Of a stretch of 64,000 nucleotides of DNA, positions 9,465-19,611 are shown in pieces. A program made the position numbers and the translations under genes. How positions within the stretch are numbered: the first letter of the stretch is position 1; each line of letters opens with the position of its first letter. The stretch is taken from the sequence record NZ_CP137560.1. One strand, written 5' to 3'. The notes beneath the pieces were generated by a model. That model ran no database searches. It had not been told where the DNA came from and saw only the letters and a program-made list of their open reading frames with translations. Source of the DNA: a plasmid.

Positions 9465-10733
9465 TCATACTTCAACGCTTCTTTTCTGCGTATTCGGCAA
9501 GAATCCGGCAATGATGCCGAGCAGTGGCAGGAAGGCACTCACCTGGAAGATGAACTCGATGCTCGTCTTGTCGGCTAACCAGCCGAAGAAAGCAGAGCCC
9601 AAACCTCCCAAGCCAAACATCAGTCCGAAGAAAATGCCTGCTATCAATCCTACTTTATCTGGCATCAGGTCGGTGGCATATACCACGATGGAAGAGAATG
9701 CCGAGGCGATGATCAAGCCAGAAAGGAAGGTACAGATGATAGTCCACGTGAAGTTGACGAAAGGCATGGCAATAGCAAAAGGTGCTGCTCCCAGAATAGA
9801 GAACCAGATGACATACTTTCTGCCAAACTTGTCACCCAGCATACCTCCAGCTACAGTACCTATGGCAAAGGCGGCAAGGAATACGAAGAGGCACAGTTGC
9901 GAGGTCTGTACCGACACGCCGAACTTATCCATCAGGAAGAAGGTGAAGTAACTCGTGATGCACGCCGTATAGAAATACTTGGAGAACACGAGCATAATGA
10001 GGATGAACAGTGCCCAATACTTCACCCTTTTAGATAAATGGGTGTTGAGAAGGGGTTGTTTCTGCGGATGGTTCACCACGTAAGCCAGTCGTGCCTTATA
10101 CCAGACTCCCAATCTTACCATGATGATGGCGGCAAGCAGGGCTGCAAGGGCAAACCAGGAGATGGCATGCTGGCCAAAAGGCAAAATGATGATGGCGGCA
10201 AGCAGCGGTCCTATCGCCGATCCACCATTGCCGCCCACCTGAAAGATGGATTGTGCCAGACTCTTCTTGCCTCCCGATGCCATCTGTGCCACTCTCGAAG
10301 CAGTGGGATGAAACACGGAAGATCCCAGCCCTACGACGCTCACCGCCAGGAGAATCAGAAAATAATTTTCGGCGAAGGCCAGCAGGAGCAAACCCACCAA
10401 TGTGAAGCACATGCCGATGGAAAGAGCATAGGGACGGGGATGCTTGTCGGCATAAAGCCCTGTGAATGGTTGCAGGATAGAAGACGTCATCTGGAAGACC
10501 AGCGTGATGATACCTATCTGTGCAAACGAGAAGTCGAACTTATCCTTCACAATCGGATAGATGGAAGGGATAATCGACTGAATCATATCGTTCAAGAAAT
10601 GGGAAATGCTACAGATGATGAGCATGGAATACACCGTACCATCTACCATCGTAGGATTTCCCTTAATTTTACTGCCTATTGACTTGATGTTCATTTTTAG
10701 AGATATTATAATTTCATGGGATTTTATTGGCAC
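9465..10733 (-). CDS. MFS-family transporter (probable true start at Met14, coordinate 10694)
   Basis: 12 predicted TM helices; MFS-like loop motifs (GxLaDKxGRK: GDKFGRKYV). Confidence 0.8.
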   Translation of the reverse strand: MPIKSHEIIISLKMNIKSIGSKIKGNPTMVDGTVYSMLIICSISHFLNDMIQSIIPSIYPIVKDKFDFSFAQIGIITLVFQMTSSILQPFTGLYADKHPRPYALSIGMCFTLVGLLLLAFAENYFLILLAVSVVGLGSSVFHPTASRVAQMASGGKKSLAQSIFQVGGNGGSAIGPLLAAIIILPFGQHAISWFALAALLAAIIMVRLGVWYKARLAYVVNHPQKQPLLNTHLSKRVKYWALFILIMLVFSKYFYTACITSYFTFFLMDKFGVSVQTSQLCLFVFLAAFAIGTVAGGMLGDKFGRKYVIWFSILGAAPFAIAMPFVNFTWTIICTFLSGLIIASAFSSIVVYATDLMPDKVGLIAGIFFGLMFGLGGLGSAFFGWLADKTSIEFIFQVSAFLPLLGIIAGFLPNTQKRSVEV

Positions 10734-10828
10734 CTATCAGCTATGAAGGTTTTCATAAATATTATCCCAATAAGGGTTATTACGATAAATTATCTTTACG
10801 CTTTTCTTGTTATATCTTACCAATCGTC

Positions 10829-12181
10829 CTAAAGCAACACTTCATCTTCTGCCTGCTTTGGCTCTATACACATTATATAATAGATAGGCAGATAAGTTAT
10901 TCCATCCTTCACCTTCACCTGCTGAGTATTGGATAAAACGAAGGCTTGCTGGATGTTATATTCCTTGACTTGCAGGAACTTATCCAAGGCACTATGCACC
11001 TGATAATCCTTACCAGACTTGATTTCTAACGGAAGAACAGAAAGGTGCTCCATGTCATCTATCAGATAATCTACTTCCCCCGTCTTCTTGTTGTCGTAAT
11101 AATAAAGATTGAAGCCATGCGCCTTCAACTCCTGTGCCACCACCGTCTCATAAACGGAACCGAGATTAATACTTGCCACATCATCCATCACCGCCTTGAT
11201 GTTGGTGCCAAAGAAAATGCCGGTCAGAATACCCACATCGTTCATATAAAGCTTCAGCAGATTCTTACCACTATTCTCTATCAGAGGGAAACTTGGCTTA
11301 CTGATGGCCTTCACTTCCAAGGTAATGCCAGAAGAAATCAGATAATCAAATTCCTCTACATAATCACTCATTCGCTTTCCCTTCTTGTCCTCAATGTCCT
11401 TCACCACCACACGTTTTTTCTTGTTTTCCAAATTAGAAGGAACCATACTGTAGATGCGCTGAATCTTCAAGCGATTGTGCATCTCCTCATAACGTGCCGC
11501 ATCCACTCCATAGAGATGATGGATTTCATTCTGAATGGTACGAATGGTTGTGATATTCTTGGTTGCTAAGAATTCATTGACAGCATCAGGCAATCCACCT
11601 ACCAGGAGATATTTCTTGAACAAATCTAGAAGTTTGTTATGGATAGCTTCCGGCATCGACTCCCTTGCAGCAAACTTCTTGCGAATCGCATCAAGCACCA
11701 GTTGTCCGATTCCATTGGCTATCAGGAACTCTTCAAAGTCTAACGGATACATGTGACGGATAATGATACTGCCTAAAGGAATAGATGATGTTGTCTTAAG
11801 CGTAACACCCAGCAACGAACCACTGGCGATATAAGTAAACTTATTATCTTCACGCAGGAACTTAAGCAAAGTAAGCAAATGATCATAGGCTTGAATCTCA
11901 TCTATAAATACCAAAGTGTTATTCTTTTCCTTCATCCTATCACCTGCCACCGTACTCAAAGCCAAATAGAAATCATCCACCGTCTTAGCGTCAGCAAAAG
12001 TCCGGTCTCCAAGCTTATCTGTTTCCATATTCACCTCAATATAGTTGGGAAAAAGCTTCTTTCCGATTTCTCGGATAATGTACGACTTTCCGATTTGGCG
12101 TGCACCATCTACAATCAGAATCTTGTCAGACCCTGATTGTAAGTGACTTACGATATATTTTTCTATCTTTCTATACAGCAT
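10829..12181 (-). CDS. AAA+ ATPase with C-terminal DUF4143-like domain
   Basis: Walker A GARQIGKS, Walker B LVFIDEIQ; 450 aa architecture common in Bacteroidetes orphan ATPases. Confidence 0.75.
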   Translation of the reverse strand: MLYRKIEKYIVSHLQSGSDKILIVDGARQIGKSYIIREIGKKLFPNYIEVNMETDKLGDRTFADAKTVDDFYLALSTVAGDRMKEKNNTLVFIDEIQAYDHLLTLLKFLREDNKFTYIASGSLLGVTLKTTSSIPLGSIIIRHMYPLDFEEFLIANGIGQLVLDAIRKKFAARESMPEAIHNKLLDLFKKYLLVGGLPDAVNEFLATKNITTIRTIQNEIHHLYGVDAARYEEMHNRLKIQRIYSMVPSNLENKKKRVVVKDIEDKKGKRMSDYVEEFDYLISSGITLEVKAISKPSFPLIENSGKNLLKLYMNDVGILTGIFFGTNIKAVMDDVASINLGSVYETVVAQELKAHGFNLYYYDNKKTGEVDYLIDDMEHLSVLPLEIKSGKDYQVHSALDKFLQVKEYNIQQAFVLSNTQQVKVKDGITYLPIYYIMCIEPKQAEDEVLL

Positions 12182-12343
12182 AATTACACTTTTCTTATGA
12201 TTTTAACGGTGCAAATATACACTTTTCCTACGGAATAACCAAATAAAAAATACACTTTTCCTACGAATACGGGGGTCGAAAACCACACTTTTCTGAAAGA
12301 AACAGTTTTTTTTAAATAAAAATATGGATTTGTACACACACAT

Positions 12344-12632
12344 CACCCCTTTTTTATTAAAGGAGATTTATGGCAAATTGATAAATATTCACAACATGCT
12401 CAATCCTTGTTTTTTTCAGGCTTGAGTATATTTTTTCTTATCTACGCAGAAAGACTGCATACCCATGTTGTAACTTTGCATTCAAAAACAAGAAATATGG
12501 ATATTAGGAGGTCAAACGATGCTTACTTCATTAATGAATCGCTAGTACTGTTATAGTACTAGAGCTATGGGTACTCAGCATTGCAATTACCTCCATTTTT
12601 CATTACTTGAAGATAGTTTATGGCTGCGATAG
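12344..12632. repeat. Repeat C copy 1: about 289-bp promoter-containing module plus the first 10 nt of the tRNA-like gene, about 96% identical to 33121-33409
   Basis: Direct alignment by eye; contains the palindrome CTAGTACTGTTATAGTACTAG; ends with GGCTGCGATAG and then diverges. Confidence 0.85.
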
Positions 12633-12697
12633 ATTTGAAGACAAAGGTATAACTTTTTATTTAGAAAATCACTTTTTCTCATTTATTTTTCATACTT

Positions 12698-14149
12698 TTG
12701 CAAAATAAATCGACAAACAACTTAACAATGAAGAATAAAGCATTTATCGGAGTCATTGCAGCCTCGCTCGTGCCGGGGCAGGCAGCAATGGCACAAAACA
12801 AGGCTGTAAAGGCTACGGCCGACAGACCCAATATCATTTTCATCCTTGCCGATGATCTGGGATATGGCGACCTCTCCTGCTACGGCAGCAAGACTATCAA
12901 GACTCCAAACATTGATAAACTGGCTGCTATGGGTACTCGATTCAACCAGAGCTATGCCGGGTCAGGAATCAGTTCACCATCACGTTGTGCACTGATGACG
13001 GGTAAGAATACCGGCAATAGCCGTATACGTGATAATATGTGCACAGCTGGAGGCATGACAGGTCTGAAAATAACCCCTGAAGGTGACACGACCATCGTTC
13101 GCAGAACAAGTCTGCAGCCGCAGGATACAACCATCGCTACGGTATTGCACGCTGCCGGCTACAAAACCTGTCTTGTCAACAAATGGCATCTGGATGGCTA
13201 TGATCCAAAATCATCACCAATCTATCGTGGTTTTGACGAGTTCCACGGATGGCTGATCAGTACGGTAGAATCCAATTCACCTTACTATTATCCATACAAC
13301 CGTTTCGACAACGACAAGCTCATCCACATCAAGGCAAATGAGCACGATAAGCACATCAAGCACAATACGGATATTTCGACCGATGATGCCATCAATTTCA
13401 TCAAGCGAAACAAGAAGAATCCTTTCTTCCTCTATCTGGCTTTTGATGCGCCTCATGAACCCTACATCATCGACAACACCACATGGTATGATGATGAATC
13501 CTGGAGCATGAACGACAAGCGCTACGCTTCACTCGTAACCCACATGGATGCGGCAATAGGCAGACTGCTCACCTATCTGGAAAAGAACAACTTGCGCGAG
13601 AATACGCTCGTTATCTTTGCATCAGATAATGGTGCTGCCGTTCAGGCACCATTGAAACTGTTCAACTGCAACGCAGGATTCCGTGGCCGCAAGGCGCAGC
13701 TTTACGAAGGAGGTATCCGAGTACCATTCATCGTGAACCAGCCAGGAAAAGTACCGGTACAGTCGCTGAACAACATCATCTATTTCCCAGATGTAATGCC
13801 TACGCTGGCAGCTCTTACTGGAGGCACCCAATATCTGCCTCAGAACATCAACGGCATGAATATTCTGCCATTGTTCTATGGTAAGCAGATTGATACAGAC
13901 GACCGAGTTCTTTATTGGGAATTCCCAGGTAAGCAGCGTGCTGCGCGCCACGGTGACTGGAAGGCTGTTACCATCAAGCCAAACAAGCCTCTGGAACTCT
14001 ATAATCTGCGTGAAGACCCAGAAGAGAAGCATGATCTCGCCAAGAAGTATCCGGAAATGGTTATCGGCTTTGACAAGGTGATGAAGGAAATGCGAACTCC
14101 ATCAGAAAACTGGCCAATACCTGAAGATGCAGAAAGCGGGAAAAAGTAA
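12698..14149 (+). CDS. Sulfatase (Ser-type formylglycine motif), secreted; probable true start at 12728 (MKNKAFIGVIAASLV…)
   Basis: Signal peptide; ILADDLGYGDLSCYGS; sulfatase signature S-S-P-S-R-x4-TG (SSPSRCALMTG) with Ser at the FGly position. Confidence 0.85.
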   Translation: MQNKSTNNLTMKNKAFIGVIAASLVPGQAAMAQNKAVKATADRPNIIFILADDLGYGDLSCYGSKTIKTPNIDKLAAMGTRFNQSYAGSGISSPSRCALMTGKNTGNSRIRDNMCTAGGMTGLKITPEGDTTIVRRTSLQPQDTTIATVLHAAGYKTCLVNKWHLDGYDPKSSPIYRGFDEFHGWLISTVESNSPYYYPYNRFDNDKLIHIKANEHDKHIKHNTDISTDDAINFIKRNKKNPFFLYLAFDAPHEPYIIDNTTWYDDESWSMNDKRYASLVTHMDAAIGRLLTYLEKNNLRENTLVIFASDNGAAVQAPLKLFNCNAGFRGRKAQLYEGGIRVPFIVNQPGKVPVQSLNNIIYFPDVMPTLAALTGGTQYLPQNINGMNILPLFYGKQIDTDDRVLYWEFPGKQRAARHGDWKAVTIKPNKPLELYNLREDPEEKHDLAKKYPEMVIGFDKVMKEMRTPSENWPIPEDAESGKK

Positions 14150-14305
14150 TTGGCTTTGTAAGACTGAGGGTGTGTCATGGACTTATTAAACACACCTTAA
14201 AAACATTTTATAAAAATATCATAGCCTTCAAAGATGTTTTTAAGCTGTGCCGTTTTTTGGCACACCCTTGCACTACCTTTGCAATAAATTTTAAATGTTA
14301 AGTGT

Positions 14306-15145
14306 ATGAAACTGAAAGAACTTTTACTTAGTACGGATTTTGACGCATTGATACCTGCCTTGAAAAAAGAAGGATCTTTGACCATTAGACAGTATCGGGA
14401 AGCATACGACATCCTCTGCCACCTTACTCCTGTGGATAATTCTGATATAGAGAATCATAAGATTGAAGTCGAGTGGCACACTCCTGATGAAGCCTTTGAA
14501 GATGAGGAGTCATACATCGATGTTTGCAATTGCGAAGGTGACCTTTGGGAAAGCAATGTCGCCAAGGAGGTAGTTGTTGCTGATGACTGCAACCTCAGCA
14601 AGGAGGAAGTGCTAGCCAAGATTCTTTGGAGTTGTACTTTCTATGGCTATACGCCACAAACTACCCAAGAAACCTTTGAGGACAGAATCGAGCACAAGAT
14701 GCACACCTGTTATGGTACTATGGCAAGAAAGTTAGAACAAAAGTACAATCTCAATTATTTGCCCGGACATAAAAAGAGAGAGGTTCTCAAAACAATGAGA
14801 CTCGCATCTCTTGATAGTATATCCATGAGCATGGAAGACGGGGACTATTGCAACAAGAGAATCGCCAAAGCATCCAATATAAGAAAGAAGCGTGACTATC
14901 GTATGCAGAAGAGAATTGACTATCTAGACTATAGAGAAAAATATGAAGGTCTCCGAGATAAGTTCATGGGTGGAAAGGACATCACTTTTCATGACATGGA
15001 CTTCATCTATGATGGTTTCTCTATGTTGCTAACCCACATGGAGACTCATACTTATGGAGAAAGCAGCAGAGTGGATTATCTGAAGAAACTGATAAAGTAC
15101 ATCGAGATGGATTCAGACAATGAGTTTTGTACCATTACAGCATGA
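14306..15145 (+). CDS. Hypothetical protein
   Basis: 279-aa ORF with a clean coding look; no recognisable motif. Confidence 0.5.
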   Translation: MKLKELLLSTDFDALIPALKKEGSLTIRQYREAYDILCHLTPVDNSDIENHKIEVEWHTPDEAFEDEESYIDVCNCEGDLWESNVAKEVVVADDCNLSKEEVLAKILWSCTFYGYTPQTTQETFEDRIEHKMHTCYGTMARKLEQKYNLNYLPGHKKREVLKTMRLASLDSISMSMEDGDYCNKRIAKASNIRKKRDYRMQKRIDYLDYREKYEGLRDKFMGGKDITFHDMDFIYDGFSMLLTHMETHTYGESSRVDYLKKLIKYIEMDSDNEFCTITA

Positions 15146-15251
15146 TGATGCTTGAATGCTTCCTGCACTCTCTACTGCCATATCCTCCAGATCATCAAAA
15201 AGCTTTATCTTCTTCATTGTCATTCAAAAAGCAAAAAGCCTTTTTGTCCTT

Positions 15252-16989
15252 TTACTTTTTTACCTTTTTACTTTTTACCTTTAAAAGATGGATTGTCTGT
15301 GTTTTTTCCATGATGTTTGTTACCACGGCGATTCCGTTGTCACGAATCTCCACCTTCTCATATTTGGCATCCACAATCACCTTTCCTTTTAATGTCATAA
15401 CGCCCCAATGGTTAGGAATCTGTTCAAAGGCACAATAGGCACCGACAGGTTGCGCTATACTGTGGTAGAGAGGTGGCACGATAACTTTACCATCTACCTT
15501 CACACCCCATTTCTTTCCAGCTTGATATAATTCCACATGCCCAGTCTCTGACTTCTCATGCAAAAGAAGCAACTCGTTTGCTTCCATTTTCTTCTTTTGC
15601 AACATTGCCTCATGATAATATCTTTTGCCAAGTCGTGGCATTACATATTGTAAATCCTCCTCTTTGTTCTTTGGGTTATTGCATCCTATATATGTTTTTT
15701 TCAAATTAGAATCCACCAGATAGTAGTCTTCCTTACTGTCCATAACAACGATACCATCACCACAAAGATTGGCACACAGCCAATATACATGCTCATAATC
15801 ATTACGCAAGAAGCACACATCCTTACTCTCCGTATAATCCTTACGCATCAGACCGTCACCACCTTTATAATAGTACCATACTTGGCAACCACTGCCTACG
15901 GAAAAATCATTGTGGAATATCAAGTAATACCCACGATTCAACATGTCATTTTGTAAAGGACGATAAGGTAAAGCAAAGTCCTCGTAGGTACGAGACCTGA
16001 AGAGACCATTATATACAACGAACTCCCATTCATTGATGGTGATTACCTCGGGAGCATCCTTCGCGTGAATGTCCTCGTCGATGAGAACTCTCGCCAAAAG
16101 GTCATAATAACAAACAGTCTTTCTGCGAGGTCGATAGGATAAGATATTCCCTCGCAAGAACTTCATGTCATAATAGTTGCCAGGTTCTATCACCTGTTCG
16201 CCATGTCGATTTACCACCGTCCTCTTTACATCAGGCAGTTTGACGATAGCAAAATCATCATTGCAATCCACGAACTCCCGATACTGCAACGACCGCATCA
16301 GTTCCTCACGGCTCATCACCATCACCATTTCCGAGTCTTGCCCAACCGGCATCGTTTCTTGCTTTCCGTACATCAAGAAGAAATCCCTTCCCTTCAAAGT
16401 ATCCTTATTCTTTCCATATTTCAGTTTTCCTTCAAACGTAGCCTTCCAGTTCCATACTTGCGATGGCAATCCGAACACCCGATACAATCCCACGTTATCA
16501 ATAATCACACAGTTCTTCTTCCCCTTGGCTACCCGCAGTCCACGTCCCACCATCTGCAGATACTTGGCAAGCGAGAGAGTAGGACGCGCCAACTGCACAA
16601 ACTCCACATCCGGACAGTCAAATCCCTCCGAGAAAATATCCACATTCACCAGCACCTGGATATCACCTTTTCGGAAAGCCTCAATATCTGCTTGTCTTTC
16701 TATAGTAGGAGTCTTTGAGTTCAATGGCAACCACCTTGATGCCATGCTCTTGATACAGCTCCATAATTTTCTTTGCATGAGAAATATTAATAGCATACAC
16801 GATGCCCTTTCTATCTTTGCCATACTCCTCAAAGCTTTGGTAAAGCCTTTCGATGGAAGGTCTCTTGTTCAGCAACATATCCATTTCCTTGTTTTGATAG
16901 TCACCGTCAGCACCTCGCTTCAGCAAGGAGTCGATGAGCCGTTGCGTCACACCATCCGATTTGATGCTCACGAAATCGTATGTCGCCAA
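15252..16989 (-). pseudogene. Degraded superfamily-2 helicase: helicase C-terminal motifs IV-VI plus WG-repeat-like tail; frameshifted and lacking the ATPase N-domain
   Basis: Two overlapping frames (16681-16989 and 15252-16832) carry …GIVYAINISHAKKIMELYQEHGIKVVAI… and …DIFSEGFDCPDVEFVQ…QMVGRGLR; no motif I/II region upstream. Confidence 0.6.
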
Positions 16990-17147
16990 TCTTCCCTTAC
17001 TGATAAACTCAGGAAATACTTTAATTTAAATGGGTGAATTATTGTTTGCCATTTATTAAAGCATCGGCATGACCAAGTATATAATGTGTAAAAGTAGATG
17101 AAGTGAAGTGCTTTTGGTGATATTACCTATTATAGGTATAAACAATA

Positions 17148-17182
17148 AGAAGGGCTGAGTGTTTAGCTTTGCCCTTCTTCAA
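17148..17182. terminator. Hairpin terminator downstream of the S8 peptidase gene
   Basis: AAGAAGGGC-tgagtgtttagcttt-GCCCTTCTT. Confidence 0.5.
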
Positions 17183-17198
17183 TGTCTTATGGAGTATA

Positions 17199-19598
17199 TT
17201 ACACTTCTTGTGCAATAGGTACCCCTATACGATTGCTAATAGCTGTTTCTACAGCGTTGTATATGTCTGTCTCTTTGGTTTCTATTGAAACTATGAGAGA
17301 ATAGGGAACAGAATTGTCCACATTGTCCAGTTTCCTTTCTTTCCACCATCCTTGACCTGGAAATACTACTATCTTGTCCATTTCAGCCAAGTCTGCTGCA
17401 GTACATTCAATCCAGTCGGATTGTACAGTGCCTCTTTCTCGCTTTTGCTGTTTCACGTTCCATCTGGTTGCATCGTTTTGGGTGGTCTTTTCTCCTTCTT
17501 GCTTGTTCCTACGACACAGAAACTCTTCTTCTGTTTCTGTTGCTGTCTTTAGGTCAAAGTGCAATGTAGCAGATGGGTAGCGGTACTTGCTTGTCCTTCC
17601 GGCATAGCCAGGGGATGGCTTCACATAATATGATAATGTGATGCGGATTCTTACGTATTCGTCTCCCATATCTTCCAACAGTTCTTTTGGCCATGGCAAG
17701 TCGTAGTAGTGCATCTTGCCATATATGTTGCCACTGTCACCTTGTGTGTAGGGCTCCAGTTGATTCTCAAAAATATAAGTGGCGCATTTTTCGTTGCTAT
17801 ATACGGCTGCGTTCTCATCTGGAACGCCGTATCCACAGAGTGTCATACGCTCTTCAACATTATTTATACGCATCATTTCATCTGTCCATCGAGCAGAATG
17901 CACCATCAAGCCTCGGATGGAGAGCATTGACAGTTGCGGATTCTCCACTTTTATTTGTGCGGCAAGTCTTGCCGCCAATCCTGTAGCAGCACTTGTCGCA
18001 TTGAAAGGTTCCAATGGCTCTTCTTGCTCATTGCTGGTTGTTACAAGACTCAGGTCGCTATGTGAGGTTTCTCTGAGCAAGTCATGATAAGCTACATTTC
18101 CTCCTTCCATCACAATTTCTGGCTTATTGCGCTTCTCATGCCATGGGTATGAGCTACATGAATATGGCGATACACCACCTGGGGCTGCCAATGGCTTGAA
18201 ACTCTCATCGCCTACAAGAGTCTTTTCGGTATAGGCCCCTACAGTTAGGGCATTCCAAGCCTGTGCAGGGCTCTGCACTGCGTTTGCCTTACAGGATTCT
18301 ATATAGTTGTTATGGTCTACATCGGGTGTCTGTATGTTTCCTGCTGAAACCAAAACCAATCTGTCACATTGCCCCTGATGGTAGATGCTTTCATCAAGTG
18401 CTGCTGAACTGGAGGTGGCTATGCCGTTGTAGGCGCTTTCGTCTGTAATGGCCATGCATTGAATGGATGCACCCATATCCGAAGCTTTGCCGATGGCTTC
18501 TTCTATGACTGCTCCATAAAATTCCTTTGGTGTTTCATGCCCAGCCTCGTAAATTTTAACCGACGACAGTGCATGATGCACTGCTACTGGTGTTTCTCGT
18601 TGGTAGGCAATATTTGTCAAGTCACCAAGCAGGGCTAATCCTGCCATACCAGTACCGTGGTCTGTCTTGTCGGTTGCTTCCAGCACACCAATGGCTACAT
18701 CCATTCGCTCGTCTGGTAGTGCTGGCTTTAATAGTTCGTGTGCATTGTTCACTCCCGAATCCAATATGCCGACTATCACATCCGCATCTTGGTCGTAGGT
18801 GATTTCTCCTTTGATGAGTTCACTCCATTCTCTTTTCTCAGGGTTGCTGCTTGTCAGAATGGATGGCTTATGGTAGGGACGTATGCCTTCAATATATCCC
18901 AATGACAGTGGCAGGGTGCAGAGTTGTTGCTTGGTTGACTTAATCAACCATACATCAACACCATCAAAAAGCAAAGGCTCTGCCATCTTCTCTATACCCA
19001 GTTGATGCAAAGTGTTCTCTATGCGTTCTTGGCTGTTTTCTTTGCTATGGCTCATCCACAATTCGTAAATGTATGAGCCTTCTTCTGGTATTGTGTCAAA
19101 TTCTTCCGCTGACACGTAGAGTGTGCGAATGTCTGTTGCTTCTACACCATTGATAGGGGCGATCAACCTTTCATTGCATGGCTTTCCCTTTGCTGTATTC
19201 TTGGAAGAATAGTCGTCAACTTTATTTTTAAGCCAATCCTTCTTGTCCTTCTTTACATATACAGTAACGTCAACGTCATTTTCTTCTCCGTTGTCAGTTA
19301 CTTTCATGATGGTTGCTCCTTTTGGACTGTCTTGTTTGCCCAAAGAATCTGGTATGAAACTTTTGTCCATTTTCAAATCGACATAGATTCCGTTAGCCAC
19401 AGGCTGTCCTTGTTTTTCTCTTTCTTCCAAATGAGTAACAATCTGATTAACCACAGCTACGTATTGCTCCTTTACCATACTTGCTTGTGCAGCTCTGTCT
19501 TTTGAAGGAAGGGCATGACCGTCAAAGCCCTGTTTCTGTGGTGAAAAACCACGGGCTTCGGCTATATTGTTGCTTAAAAAGAAATGTTTCTTATGCAT
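17199..19598 (-). CDS. S8 (subtilisin-like) serine peptidase, no signal peptide
   Basis: Catalytic Asp (VGILDSGV), His (DHGTGMAG), oxyanion Asn (VSAGN) and Ser (NATSAATG); N-terminus MHKKHFFLSNNIAEARG is not hydrophobic. Confidence 0.85.
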   Translation of the reverse strand: MHKKHFFLSNNIAEARGFSPQKQGFDGHALPSKDRAAQASMVKEQYVAVVNQIVTHLEEREKQGQPVANGIYVDLKMDKSFIPDSLGKQDSPKGATIMKVTDNGEENDVDVTVYVKKDKKDWLKNKVDDYSSKNTAKGKPCNERLIAPINGVEATDIRTLYVSAEEFDTIPEEGSYIYELWMSHSKENSQERIENTLHQLGIEKMAEPLLFDGVDVWLIKSTKQQLCTLPLSLGYIEGIRPYHKPSILTSSNPEKREWSELIKGEITYDQDADVIVGILDSGVNNAHELLKPALPDERMDVAIGVLEATDKTDHGTGMAGLALLGDLTNIAYQRETPVAVHHALSSVKIYEAGHETPKEFYGAVIEEAIGKASDMGASIQCMAITDESAYNGIATSSSAALDESIYHQGQCDRLVLVSAGNIQTPDVDHNNYIESCKANAVQSPAQAWNALTVGAYTEKTLVGDESFKPLAAPGGVSPYSCSSYPWHEKRNKPEIVMEGGNVAYHDLLRETSHSDLSLVTTSNEQEEPLEPFNATSAATGLAARLAAQIKVENPQLSMLSIRGLMVHSARWTDEMMRINNVEERMTLCGYGVPDENAAVYSNEKCATYIFENQLEPYTQGDSGNIYGKMHYYDLPWPKELLEDMGDEYVRIRITLSYYVKPSPGYAGRTSKYRYPSATLHFDLKTATETEEEFLCRRNKQEGEKTTQNDATRWNVKQQKRERGTVQSDWIECTAADLAEMDKIVVFPGQGWWKERKLDNVDNSVPYSLIVSIETKETDIYNAVETAISNRIGVPIAQEV

Positions 19599-19611
19599 AA
19601 AGTTCCATTAT

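Noticed and set aside
9511-10682. Plus-strand ORFs (146 and 214 aa) inside the MFS transporter gene
   Set aside because: They are antisense to a 12-TM transporter gene. The biased G/R/H/K-rich translations are typical of the reverse frame of hydrophobic coding sequence.
17352-18802. Several 60-100-aa plus-strand ORFs inside the S8 peptidase gene
   Set aside because: They are fully contained in the confidently called minus-strand peptidase gene. Translations are Cys/Ser/Leu-rich low-complexity with no motifs.
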